A stretch of DNA of 64,000 bases from Octopus sinensis (Eukaryota): positions 1,116,001 to 1,180,000 of the forward strand of contig NC_043020.1 in assembly GCF_006345805.1 (NCBI RefSeq), in the 5' to 3' direction. The notes beneath the pieces were generated by a model. It ran no database searches and was not told the origin of the DNA. It saw nothing but the letters and a program-made list of their open reading frames with translations. The position numbers and the translations under genes were made by a program. Position 1 is the first letter of the stretch. Each line of letters starts with the position of its first letter. Below, in pieces: positions 40,709 through 54,660 of this stretch.

Positions 40709-41524
40709 ATATATTTGTGTATATAAGTGTTAGAATATATATATACATATGTGTGTGTATGATTGTATATATAAATTTATATATATATATATATCCATAT
40801 ATATATGTATCTAAATACACATATATATACACATATAGTTTTACTGTATGTGTATACATACACATATACATGTATATTTATATACAGACACACATACACA
40901 CTCACACACACATATATATACGTGTATATAAAACATGGTATAATTCCCAGTATGGATGTATGTATACCGTTCTGTGTGTGTGTGTGCGAATGTGTTAGTA
41001 CGTATAATGTGCGCGTATGTGTTGGTGAACTTGTTACGAGAGATATTAATACTTATATATATGAAGATATCAGAAATTTTCGTCTGAGGGATAATGAAAA
41101 TAGTCAAGCAAATTCCATAAAACAGAAGCCGTACAAGTGAGTCGGATGTTCTTTAGAAATGGCAGACATATCGGTCAGTTCTTATTCCTTGCGGCGATTC
41201 GGAATACTTTCGATTTGTTTATTTATTTTAGGATTAACTTTCACACAGATATTTTCGCAACATACATACACACGTGCATACGTATACACACACAGACACA
41301 TACAGGCATGCACACGCACGTACACGTACATACACACACGCACGTATACACAGTCGTTCAAACTCATACACACATACATTAGCACACGTACGTTCATTAA
41401 TACATACGCATACACAGACATGTAGATATATATGTCTGTAAAAATATATTGACTCTATCCATATATGCGTATGTATATATATATATAATATATATACATA
41501 CATAAATATATATATGATTGTATT

Positions 41525-41587
<63 letters not shown>

Positions 41588-41844
41588 GTGTGTGTGTGTG
41601 TTTGTCTGTGTGTAAGTGTGTACGTGTGTATGTGTGCAAAGATACATTCTCTCGAAACCAAACATATGCAAACATATATGCGTGTATATATATATATATA
41701 TACGTGTCTATATATGTTCGTATAAATGTAAATAGTGTGTGTATGTGTGTGTGCGTGTGTATATGCATACATGTATATATTCCATTCGGTTCTCGGCAAA
41801 CATAGTTCCCATCATGCCAAGGGACTTCAACATATTCCCTTTCT

Positions 41845-42216
41845 GCGAGCTGGCAGAATCGTTAGCACGCCGGGCGAAATGCGTAGCCGTATTTCGTCTG
41901 CCGCTACGTTCTGAGTTCAAATTCCGCAGAGGTCGACTTTACCTTTCATCCTTTCGCGGTCGATTAAATAAATACCAGTTACGCACTGGGATCGATATAA
42001 TCGAATTAATCCGTTTTTCTGTCCTTGTTTGTCCTCTCTCTGTCTTTAGCCCCTTGTGGGTAGTAAAGAAATAGGTATTTCGTCTGCCGCTACGTTCTGA
42101 GGTCAAATTACACCGAGGTCGACTTTGCCTTTCGGGGGCAATAAATTAAGTAAGAGTTACGCACTGGGGTCGATATAATCGACTTAATCCGTTTGTCTGT
42201 CCTTGTTTGTCCTCTC
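41845..42216 (+). mobile_element. SINE B dimer (head + 2 bodies), fused to repeat P
   Basis: Junction GAAATAGGTATTTCGTCTGCC at ~42070-42090. The second body is partly deleted and runs into repeat P at 42217. Confidence 0.85.
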
Positions 42217-43142
42217 TTCCAAGGAATCTAATGCTCTTAGCTTATTTCTTTTCTAGGGGCTGGCGAGATTGGAACAATCTCGACAATAACCAGCCGAAAT
42301 TGCAAAGATAATTTGGAACTCGACTGAGGGTAAAAAACTCTAAATGATCCGTCCTTGTTTTCTTTGTATCGTCAGTCTGGATATTGTTTTTGTCCCTTTT
42401 TTGTAATATAGCGGCGTACGTACTCTTTGGTCTTATATAGTATATATATATATATATATATATATATGCATGTGTGTGTGTGTATGTATATATGTTTGTA
42501 TATATGTATGCATGTATGTATATATGTATGTGTATGTATGCATATATACACACATGGTAGTGTGACTTGATGTAGTACATGGTACCAGATATTTTCGACT
42601 CAGTGCCCGGATCAATATTCCATTCTTATACCCGTATTGCGTAATATCTGTGGTAACCAAGCAAGAATATACTAAATTGTTATTAATATGTGTTGTATAT
42701 TATTCGAATCATGAGAAAATTAATTAGTGACATTAGTAATGCTTTTAATTCGTGCGTTTCAACTGGTTATGTAAATAGTTGTTACGTAATCACTTGAAAT
42801 ATACGAAATAAATGTATTCAAAATATCAGTTATTTTAAGATTCAAAGAAGCGGATTAGTGTACTGGGTAAGGGTGGTAAACGAGAGCCATCGTCAACAGC
42901 AGGTGACGGGTTTCGATAAATAAAGAAATCTTGAGAAGCAAGCAAAATAAATAAATAATGAACAACAGAATAGATGAGAATTTTAATTATTTCTGTAGTA
43001 AAATAAGCATTTTAATTATTTATGTGGTAAAATAAGCATTTTCACGCCTAAAAATTAATTAATTAATGCATAAAAATACAGTATAATGCTACACTGTATA
43101 ACAAATTAATTAAAATATATTAAAAGAAAATACTTACAATGC

Positions 43143-43520
43143 CTATTTCCTTACTACCCACAAGGGGATAAACACAGAGGGGACAAACAAGGACAGACAA
43201 AGGGATTCAGTCGATTATATCGACCCAGTGTGTAACTGGTACTTAATTTATCGACCCCGAAAGGATGAAAGGCAAAGTCGACTTCGGTGGAATTTGGACT
43301 CAGAACGTAACGGCAGACGAAATACCTATTTCTTTACTGCCCACGAGGGGCTAAACACAGAGAGGACAAACAAGGACAGACTAAAGGATTCAATCGATTG
43401 TATCGACCCCAGTGCGTAACTGGTACTTAATTTATCGACCCCGAATTTGAACTCAGAACGTAGCGGCAGACGAAATACGACTATGCATTTCGCCCGCCGT
43501 GCTAATGTTTCTGCCAGCTC
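43143..43520 (-). mobile_element. SINE B dimer
   Basis: Two bodies joined at GACGAAATACCTATTTC (~43318-43334), with the head at the right end. Confidence 0.85.
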
Positions 43521-43990
43521 GTCGACTGGAAGTACATAGTGTACCGTACATGAGTAAACAAAGAATCGCACACACTGTATGGAAAACGAAACCCGGTAGG
43601 CGAATGTGTGGTGGTGTTTCGTATATATAATAAAATATAATAAGAGATATACAAATTATTTAAAAAAATATACAGTACTGTTTCCACTTTGTGGATTTTC
43701 ACCAATAGTGGGTTGGGGGTTTCGAACCTAACACCCGCGATAGTAGAGGAATTACTGTAGTGGGTATCTATTTATTTATCTATGTACGTATATAAATGCA
43801 CATATATACATGCACGTTCACACAGCACGCACAAACACACACACAGAGATATGCACGCATGCGCACACGTACATACATGCAAACATATATGAAATATATA
43901 AGTATCTGTATATATATACATAATAAAAGTATGCATGTGTATGTATAAATATATAAGTATGTGTACGTGTACATATACGTGTGTGTGCGT

Positions 43991-44022
<32 letters not shown>

Positions 44023-44157
44023 AACTTACACACACACATATATGTACACGTATACATACTTATATATTTATACATACATATGCATACATTTATTATGTAT
44101 ATATATATATACATATATACGTATACATATATATATATATATATAACATATACATAA

Positions 44158-44190
<33 letters not shown>

Positions 44191-44324
44191 CATATATACA
44201 TATATACATATATGTGTATATATATATATATACATATATATACATATACATATATATATATGTATGTATATATATATATATTATACATATATATACATAT
44301 ACATATATATATATATGTATGTGG

Positions 44325-44363
<39 letters not shown>

Positions 44364-44388
44364 TATATATAAATATATTCATATATAC

Positions 44389-47243
44389 ATTCCTCGGTCG
44401 GACAGGAAGGAAAGAAACTCATGGTGGGGTTGCCCTGTACGTCCGTGAAGATGTCACACCCATAGTACTGTTGACACACTCAAACTCAGTCTGTGACACA
44501 CTGATAGTACACATGAAACAACCGAAAATAGTAATATGTGTCACATATCGGCCACCAGACACCCCTAGTCATGAAGGAGTGTTTGAAGATAGCCTCAGAA
44601 GAATAGAAGAAGTCCTGGACAAACTGGACCAGGGTAACACCATTCTACTGCTGGGAGATTTTAACCTTCCGAAAGTCAAATGGCCAGATGGCCATCTCCT
44701 CCCTGGAATGACATCACTTGAACAGAGACAGACAGAGTCCTTGTTGGCTCTCACACGCAAGTTTTTCATGGAGCAAGCAGTGCTTTGGCCAACAAGAGGT
44801 GAAAATGTCTTGGACCTCTGTTTCACAAGCAACCCGATGCTCATCCACAACATAATGGTAACACCAACAATTCTCTCAGATCACAACTTAGTAGAGATAA
44901 TGATATATGGTATGAGAGAGTTAGTTGAGACGCAGCCATTAGAAAATACCACAGGCCTATCCAGTCTAAACTTCCATAAGGCAAACTGGAAGAAGATCAA
45001 CGAAGAGATCCGAAAACATGACTGGGTGACTTCATCACCACACAAGACACCAACACACATTTCCAACTTCATGACAACAATACAGAACATATGCCATAAG
45101 TTTGTCCAGGGAAAAAAGCCGCGGGCATAGGAACGTTATTCCCAGAGACAGGAAAATACTTATGAGGCGAAGAGCTAAGCTCTCGAAGCAACTGAATACA
45201 CGGCAGAGAAACAATGAGGGACTCCACCTGAAACTTTTTGAAACGGAAACTGCACTCAAACTTTTCTATGAGAAGGAGAGGGCAGAGAGAGAAGCCAGGG
45301 CCATAGAGAATATTAAAACAAACCCTAAAGCCTTCTTTAAATTGCGAAAGAAGAAACCACCTCGGTACACTGCAAGATTGGCCCACTCTTTGATAAAAAG
45401 GGCTCTCTAACTGAGGACCCCCAAGGGATAAGTGAAATACTAAAGGAACAGTATAAAAGTGTGTTCATATCCCCTCTGGGGCACATGCAATCACAAACCC
45501 AGAAGTTTTCTTTGATGCCACAACACTCCAAAACCAAACAACACCATCGACCACATAGACATAACAGAGAGGGATGTAATATCTGCCATAGAAGAAATGA
45601 GAATAAACTCAGCTGCTGGACCAGATGGATTTCCAGCAGTCCTCCTAAAAACATGCAGGCATGCCCTAGCGGGACCACTGAAGAAGCTCTTCAGTGGTTC
45701 CTTGGCTAACGGTAAACTGCCCAGGGCGCTAAAAGAAGGCACCATATGCCCTATCCACAAAGGAGGGAGTAGAGCAGAGGCCAAAAACTACAGGCCAGTC
45801 TCCCTGACGTCACACATAAGTAAGGTCATGGAACGAATCATCAGAAAAAAACTGATCACGTTCCTCGAAGAAACTAACCGTCTCACTGACACACAGCATG
45901 CTTTCGCCCAGGAAGAAGCTGCCTTACGCAGCTGTTACAACACTACGACTGGGTACTGAAACAACTACTGGATCGCTCACAGGTGGATGTGGTATATCTC
46001 GACTTTGCGAAGGCCTTTGACAAAGTCGACCACGGAGTGATATGTCACAAATTACTCAGACTCGGCATAACAGGAAAAGTAGGTGAGTGGATACATGACT
46101 TCCTGAAGGACAGAAGCCAGATGGTTGCAGCCAATGGAGCCCTCTCGGAAAGACACCAATAGCAAGCGGGGTGCCACAGGGCACAGTCTTGGGACCCTTG
46201 CTGTTTTTGGTGGCGCTCTCTGACATGCCCTTGGTAGCACAAACAACATCCCTCACTAGCTATGCTGATGACACAAAGGTAGCACAGGCAATCAAAAACC
46301 CAGCTGATGCTGACCTTTTACAATAAGATCTGGATGCCATATACAAATGGGCTGAAGACAACAACATGCAATTTAATGCTGGTAAATTTCAAGCCTTACA
46401 ATATCAAGCTGTAAACACATATACATTTACAACACAACTATACTGGTCCAGGAGGGATCGAAATCCCAGTATCGAAATCAATACGGGACCTGGGATAGAC
46501 ATGAGTGACGATGCATCTTTTTCTTCACACATCGCGAAGGTGGCGACAATGTGCAGACGACTCACTGGCTGGATCCTGAGGACATCCGGACAAGAGACTG
46601 CGAGACCATGTTGACACTATGGAGGACATTTGTCCTAAGCCGCCTGGACTACTGCTCCCAACTGTGGTCACCGCATAGTGTCAAACTAACCACAGAGCTT
46701 GAGACAATCCAAAGACATTTCACCAAGAGGATTTCCACCATGAAAGAAAAGAACTATTGGGAGAGGCTTAGGGAACTCAATTTGTACTCCTTGGAACGAA
46801 GACGAGAGAGATATGCAGTGATATACATATGGAAAATCCTGGAGGGACTAGCACCAAATTTTGGAATTGAGAGCTGTTCCAATCCCCGTACAGGACGTCA
46901 CTGTGTGGTGCCAAAGGTCCCGTCTTCCACATCCAGGGTAAGGAGCAGATACTTAATAGCCTGGGGTTCAGGGGCCTCAGCTTTTCAACAAACTGCCAAG
47001 AAAACTAAGAGATCTACATGATGCGGATGTGGACATTTTCAAAAAACATCTAGACAAGCTGCTTTCCGGGATCCCAGATGAACCCACTGCAAGGTACGAA
47101 GGTAACCTAAGGGTAGCAGCTACAAACTCTCTCTTAGATCAGTGGCCAGCCACGGCAAACTGGACTTAGAGAGGGTAGCAACAAGGGCGGTGCCCCAGCA
47201 TGGCCTCAGCCGGATGGCTGAAACAAGTAAAAGAGTAAAAGAG
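44389..47243 (+). mobile_element. 5'-truncated CR1/L2-group LINE: APE endonuclease + reverse transcriptase, frameshifted
   Basis: APE motifs GGVALYV, YRPP, LGDFN, PTRG..LDL, SDH. RT motifs NYRPVSLTS, LDFAKAFDKV, GVPQGTVLGPLLF, YADD (46261-46272). Multiple frameshifts and stops; 3' stem-loop and (GTAAAAGA)n tail. Confidence 0.95.
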
Positions 47244-47705
47244 TATACATATATGTACATACCTACACATACACATACATATGTATATATATATAATATA
47301 TAAATATATTCATATATACATACATATATGTACATACCTACACACACACACACATATGTGTATATAGCATAGTTCTCATCTGCCAAGCGTGTTGAAGTTT
47401 ATCTCCGCCGCTTCAATAGACGCTAAGTATGTTTGGCAGCCCCTAATACATTGTCAGTTAAATTGGACAAGCTTTTCAACACTAGTTTTAATCAGTTCCA
47501 GTTAAAATAATGCTCTCTGATAGAGAATGGAGTCACGTGTCCTTTCGATTCCGACAAATGTGTGTCGAGAAAAATAGAAAAAGGAAAAGTCAACAGGAAG
47601 GAAAAAGGACAGAAGAGGGAAGAGAAAAGAAAAAGGCGAGAGAAAGGAACCAACATTACAACGAATTGTCGTTTGCTAATTAGGTGTCTGCTAATGGACA
47701 CTCAT

Positions 47706-47747
<42 letters not shown>

Positions 47748-47911
47748 CATATATATGTGTGTGTGTGTGTGTGTTTATATATATATAGATATACGTATAT
47801 ACATATGTGTATACATATATATATGTGTGTATATATATATATATATGTATATATATATAAAAGTATATATATATATAAGCATATATATGTATATATATAT
47901 ATAATATATAT

Positions 47912-47947
<36 letters not shown>

Positions 47948-49105
47948 AGAATATATATATATATATATATACATAAGAATATATATATATATATAAATGT
48001 ATGTATGTATGTATTCGTAATACACGCTGGAATATACATACATATATATATATATTGTAATATACATATGTATCAATGTATATATATATATATATATATA
48101 TGTGTGTTTGTGTGTGGTGTATATATACACACATATATATACATACATACACTCGCATATTATATACATATATATACAGATTTATAGATATATATGAGTG
48201 TGTATGTGCACGTGTATGTGTGCGCAGTATAAAATGCCCGTAACAATATTTTTCACTTTTGCACTTTAGTAGAAAGCAAAGAGAATGAGAATTCATTAGA
48301 ATCCATTATAGAGTTGGCCTGATATCTGGACGTAAGCACTTTACTTCGATGAATTCCACATAGAGAGCAAGCAAATAGCTGACGTTCACTGCAGTGATTG
48401 AGGTTGTTATGTTTAGCCTACTACTAAAATGAGGTCGCTAATGAGTTCGTTAAAATGCGATGCGTATATCATAAAGTTTAAAAAGAAAATAATAATAAAG
48501 TAAATTATACATGATATAAAATTCAATACAGAGTCCACACTTCGAAGCGTAAGTTGGTGCAGGTTTCTTGCATTAATTACCTTCAAATAACGACTGTCTC
48601 GTATAATTTTTTTTTTTCCTTCTATCTGAGATCCTCGGGTGGTGAACCCGGTCATAGCTAATTTACACAGGATTTACACAGGATTTCTGTCCTTCTTTAG
48701 CAATTGTTATTTCCTATTTGCTTATCCCTGGAAAGTATAAAAAATAGCTAATATTTCTGTGAAACTTTGCTTTTGTTACATTTTTTCAAGCCCCAACGAA
48801 TCCCTTTCAACACATGGCTATAATGCTCTCCCAGTATTCCAGCTCATGATCAGAGATACACATATTGTCAGCCCCTAACGGATATGCTCATGTGGTTATG
48901 GTCAAGCATATCTGTGGTATTGTGTAGAATAGTTTTTATAACGATATTTCTGCTTCAGCAACTCAGCACTAAATCTCTCTGAAATGTAATGGAAAATAGG
49001 TCAGTTTCGAAGTTCTATTGTTGAAATGTAGATATTGTGATATTTGGGGAGGGTCATATTTTTTCAATTAAACGCACGCACTATATATTTGGTTTTACTT
49101 CAGCT

Positions 49106-49159
<54 letters not shown>

Positions 49160-49160
<1 letters not shown>

Positions 49161-49378
49161 GGTGGCGAGGTGGCAGAATCGTTAGTGTGCTGGGCAAAAT
49201 GCTTAGCGGCATTTCGTCTGTCTTCACGTTCTTAGTTCAAATTCCGCCAGGGTCGACTTTGCCTTTTATTCTTTCGGGGTCGATAAAATAGGCACCAGTT
49301 ACGCACTGGGGTCGTTGAAATCGACTAGCCTCTCCCCTCAGATTTCAAGCCTTCTGCCTATTGTAGAAAGGATTATTA
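49160..49378 (+). mobile_element. SINE B, (ATT)n-tailed subfamily, inside an (ATT)n tract
   Basis: (ATT)n-AAGGTGGCGAGGTGGCAGAATCG...GTAGAAAGGATT-(ATT)n. Confidence 0.85.
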
Positions 49379-49380
49379 TT

Positions 49381-49428
<48 letters not shown>

Positions 49429-49494
49429 GAAGCAAAAGAGAAGAGTACCATTGTTATCAAGAGAACGATATTCCGACATTTTGTGTGTCTTCCA

Positions 49495-50165
49495 CAGGTT
49501 CAAAAAGTTCGTGCGCCGTTTAAAACAAAAATGGCTTTTTACGCAAGAATTTATTCAAAAACAACTATTCTTTAAAAAAAAAACCCATCATTTTCCATAA
49601 TCTTCTTCCAACGATCTGCAAGCTTTCAGATTTAGTCAAAGTACCAATCCTTTGGCTTTGAATCGAAAAATTCTCGACAGATTTCTTCAACTTCCTCGAA
49701 TGACTCAAATCGGTGACCTTTCATAAAGTACTGCATTTATCGGAAGAGACTGTAGTCAGAGGGAGCAACGTCCGGACTATAGGCTGGATGCAGCAGAACT
49801 TCAATACCATCCAATTCTTCAATCTTGTTGCTGGTCTTTCTGGCGGTATGCAGTTTTGCATGGTGGTGGTGGTGATGGTGGTGATGGTACCGATTATGGT
49901 GATAATGATGATTACGATGATGATGATGATGATGATGATGACGATGATGATGGTTATGAGAATAATGATTGTGAAAGAATGAAACTAAACACCGTAAGGC
50001 ATTTTGACACCATAATGGCACTACCAATCCACCATCAGTTTTTATCTGGCGCACTTTCAAACTTCTGCCATTTCTAGACCATTTCTCTCCTACGCTCTGC
50101 CGATCCTGCCATTCGACCGACATTTTGTTACCTAAGCCCGTCCTCCGCCGAATTAAAATTGACAC
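49495..50165 (-). mobile_element. Decayed mariner-type (DD34D-like) transposase fragment
   Basis: AKLHTARKTSNKIEELDGIEVLLHPAYSPDVAPSDYSLFR followed by ...FFDSKPKDWYF...KLADRWKKIMENDG. A possible right TIR CAGGTTCAAAAAG lies at ~49495; the left TIR was not found. Confidence 0.85.
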
Positions 50166-50715
50166 ATAATCTCCATTCAGACATGAAATCCTGTCCGAGC
50201 ATTGTTTCCTAAGAAATTATCATCTAGCAAAATTTATTTTCTTCATTTTAAGTGACAAATACACAAAACAAAACGATGGGTTTATTTTAAAATGTTGATG
50301 GTAATAATTTTATTTAATCATTTTTTTAAATATTGTATCTCGAGGTCCATAATACTGATGTAAATATTTGATTAAAATCCCCTTTTATATATAAGGGGTC
50401 TAAGACTGCCAGTGGGAATCGAAACCACGCCTCCTGTAAATATGACAGGAGTTATATCTCTGATCCAAAGCGATACTTAGAATTTCTCTATCCAGTTTAG
50501 AAACTTACCAGCGAAAATTATTGTTCGTTAACGCCATAATACTTATATTGTATTATTTATAGACGAAGTACTTAGCGGTACTTCGTCTGCTGCTACGTTC
50601 TGAGTTCAGATTCCGCCGAGGTCGACTTTGCCTTTCATCCTTTCGGGGTCGATTAAATAAGTACCAGTTACGCACTGGGGTCAATGTAATCTACTTAATC
50701 CCTTCCCCTAAATTT

Positions 50716-51211
50716 GAGTATGTAACAAGTAAAGTTATGCAGGAGGATGGAAAAGTAACGATACTCTGGGACTTTGATTTTCAGACAGATCGTGTACTCG
50801 AACATCATCGGCCATATTGAATAAGAGAGACAAATACTGTCAGATCATTGATATAGCCATGCCAAATGACATGAATGTTGTGTGTAAAGAGGTTGAAAAA
50901 AATCCCCAAGTACTCCGAATTGAAAGTGGAATTGGCAAGATTGTATGGAATGCGAGAGGGCAATGTAAAAGTGATACCAGTGGTGACCGGAACGTTGGGT
51001 TCATTCAATGCCACTGAAACTTTAAAACTTCTTAAGGCAACTGGAAATCCCATGCAAGATTGATGTCTTATATAAAGCAGCCTTATTGGGCACAGCGCAC
51101 ATCTTAAGGAAAGTATTATCTATCTGAGGTCCTTGTTGTGACTTGACAGATGACTAAATAATCCGGTACGTTTTTACCTACATTGTGTTTCGAAGGAATA
51201 ATAATAATAAT
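50716..51211 (+). mobile_element. R4/Dong-type non-LTR retrotransposon 3' end (restriction-like endonuclease domain)
   Basis: ILWDFDFQTDRVLEHHRP..IIDIAMPNDMNVVCKEVEK..KYSELKVELARLY..VIPVVTGTLG..AALLGTAHILRKVLSI* (stop 51125-51127). A short 3' UTR follows, then (AAT)n at 51197-51211. Confidence 0.85.
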
Positions 51212-51511
51212 ATAACAGCAACAACAACAATTTCTAATTTTGGCACAAAGCCAGTGGGTTCAAGGAAGTGAAAGTCGATAGATAAAATCAGAGTCGAATT
51301 AGAACTGAGAACGATTCTGCTGCCAGCGCCATCTACTTCCTAGTTAAAACCGAGCTAGAGGCTGCTTAGTTCACAAATGAAATCCTGTCTGGGAATTGTC
51401 TTCTAAGATATTATCACCTAACAAAGAGCTATTTCCTCCATTTTTAAGTGACAAATTCACAAGACAAAACCCATAGGGTCACTTAGTAATAATAACAATA
51501 ATAATAATAAC

Positions 51512-51570
<59 letters not shown>

Positions 51571-52273
51571 CAACAGTAAAAATGGCGGTGATGCTGATAA
51601 CATTAGCTACATATATCAATTATACTCTACTTTCAATAGATCTGACTACTATGTTGCTAAATTAATACTTCTCATCCTCTTTTAAGTGCTAATGGACTTT
51701 TCTTGTGGTTGTCACTACATAATCTTGGAAATATCTAATTAGCTTTGACTTGTAGCACGGCATTACGTTGATACCAAACGAAATCTGCCATTTCCAATCA
51801 GGGTTATCTTCTCCTTTTACACACACACACTCTTACGTACGAAGACGACGGAAAAACACACTCAAAGACATCGTACCGAGCATGTTAGGCATAATGTTGT
51901 TGTCGGAAATGGCAACACTGATACGGTGGCACCGAGGTCGAGACAGGTCTTTTACGGTATTTACTGCGTTTGGCGAAGGAATTAAATTTACAAAATCATT
52001 TTCTCTCTCGTAGACAAGTATATAACAACACAGCCATCCATTCCCAAACACGTTGACATATGTACTTGAATGCACGTGCCATACATACATACACACATGC
52101 ATTATATATATATATATATATATAATATATATATACACACATACGTACGTACATACATGCGTACACATATACATATACATGTGCATATATGTATGTGCGT
52201 ATAAGAGTGCGCGATGTATGTGTGTATATATATATATGTGTATACACATATATATATATAATAATACTTATAC

Positions 52274-52320
<47 letters not shown>

Positions 52321-52961
52321 TATATATATTATTGAATATATCAATATATGTACATACATAAATAATTTATATATTACTTATCATGTATGTATGTACGTAA
52401 GTACACACGTACATATGTATATATATATGCGTATGTATGTATGTATGTATGTATGTATGTACGTATGCATGCATCTACGTACGGCTATACATCCACAGAT
52501 GTCCCTACACACTTCCAAACACATAATATACATCCCGGCTGTAATTACTTCTTTCGAAACTTCTCCCGCGTCGTCACAGTTCCTTCTTCCATCGATGTCG
52601 CCTCACATTGCGTTTGCGCAAAACAAAACCAGCACAACACACGCTGAATTCATGAATAGATTCATGCGTCTGTGTATAGCAACAGTAACTGCTAGTGGCC
52701 ACGGTTAGTTACCGTTGTTCTCCTTGTTGTTGTTGTTGTTGCTGTTGTTGTTATTTTCTATTTGTTTGTTTATTTATTCGATTATTTCATTATATGTGAA
52801 ACCTCCCACACTTCATGTCTGTCTTTGTATTGTCTCCCCCACCTCATCCTGCGCCCTGGTGGTGAATGAAATTATTACTATTATCATTATTATTATTATT
52901 ATTAACATCATCATCATCATCATCATCATCATTATTATTATTATTATTATTGTTATTGTTA

Positions 52962-53013
<52 letters not shown>

Positions 53014-53029
53014 CGTCGTCATCATCAAT

Positions 53030-53810
53030 AAGGCGGCGAGCTGGCAGAAACGTTAGCACGCCCGGTGAAGTGCTTAGTGGTATTTTGTCTGTGGCTACGT
53101 TATGAGTTCAAATTTCACCGAGGTCGAATTTACCTTTCATCCTTTCGGGGACGATAAATCAAGTACCAGTTGAGCACTGGGTTTATCTAATCTACCTGCC
53201 CCTTCCCCCAAAATTTCAGCCCTTGTGCCTATGGTAGAAAGGAATATTATTGTTATTAGTATTATTATTATTATTATCATTATTATTTCTTTACTGCCCA
53301 CAAGCGGCTACTCACAGAGGGGTCAAACAAGGACAGACAAATGGATTAAGTTGATTATATCGATCCCAGTGCGTAACTGGTACTTATTTAATCGACCCCG
53401 AAAGGATGAAAGGCAAAGTTGACCTCAGCAGAATTTGAAATCAGAACGTAACGGCAGACGAAATACCGTTCAGCATTTCGCCAGGCGTGCTAACGTTTCT
53501 GCCAGCTCGAAGCCTTATTATTATCATCATTATTATTATTAAGGCGGTGAGCTGGCAGATTCGTTAGCATGCCCGGCAAAATGCTTAGCGGTTTTCCTCC
53601 CATCGCTACTTTATGAGTTCAAATTCCACCGAGGTCGATTTTGCCTTTCATCCATTCGGGGCCGATAAATTAAGTACCAGTTGAGCACTGGGTTTATCTA
53701 ATCTACCTGCCCCTTCCCCCAAATTTCAGCCCTTGTGCCTATAATATAAAGGATTATTATTATTATTATCATTATTATTATTTTAAGGCGGCGATGGGGC
53801 AGAATCGTTT
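53030..53810. mobile_element. Pile-up of four SINE B copies separated by (ATT)n
   Basis: + copy ~53030-53243, - copy ~53284-53515, + copy ~53540-53752, and a head stub at 53785-53809. Confidence 0.85.
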
Positions 53811-54660
53811 TCACGCCCTTCTGATAGCGGCCGGTTTCGGACCCGTTTTCAAAGGCTGGATCACTGAAATGCACAGCGGCACCTGCTCACTGGTCAAAGT
53901 AAGCGGTCACCTGTCGGAACCGTTTCGCATCGCAAGGTCGGTCCGTCAGGAGTGCCCGCTATCACCTCTTCTCTACGTGCTGGCCCTCGAGCCTTTGCTG
54001 CAGAAGCTGGATCAGTTAAGTGACATCTCTTTCGAACTGGTACAAGGGACGGCAGTGTCGGTGTGGTCAGACAAGGCCACCGACATGGTACTGGATGTCA
54101 CCCCTCTGAAGACGATAGGTACCATTCTAAGGGAATACGAGTCGGTTTCAGGGGTCAAAATCAACGCCGATAAGTCAGGGTGCTTGCAGCTAGGTACCTG
54201 GAAAGGCAGATGAATGCCGTCGGACGGTGTCTTGGGACATTGAACTGACGGACCAGCTAAAGTGGTCGGGGTCAGATTCGGTCCCGACCACGATGGAGAT
54301 AAGAACTTAGACGGGTTGACGAACAGGGTGGCCAGTCTTACTCATAAACGAGCAGAGAGGAGCCTTTTCCTAAAATGTAGGGCAAAGGTGGTGAATGCCT
54401 TCATTGCCGCAGTTATCACTTATTACCTGACTGTCGTACCTTGCCCCGGTTACTTTTTGACCAGGTTGGAGAGTTTAGCTTCTTGCGGAAGGGACGCGTT
54501 CCAGTAGTTAGGCGGTCAGGCTGCTGCCAGCACCCTCTGCGTGGCGGTTTAGGCATGCCGTGGCTTCTGATACGCAGACACGCACTCAAATTCCACGCTT
54601 CACAAACACATGGACTCGGTTTAATTTCAGTGCACAACAACCTGAGTGAGTAGCTTCTTG
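53810..54660 (+). mobile_element. Decayed L1/Tx1-type LINE RT fragment
   Basis: RSVRQECPLSPLLYVLALEPL, YESVSGVKINADKS, LFLKCRAKVVNAF, GGLGMPWL. The YADD position is degenerate; stops and frameshifts present; both ends missing. Confidence 0.8.

Noticed and set aside
47380-47439. Imperfect hairpin as a miRNA precursor
   Set aside because: Large asymmetric bulges and short helices; unsupported without small-RNA data.
51768-52030. Short ORFs on both strands in unique sequence
   Set aside because: No recognisable motif and only mediocre splice signals.
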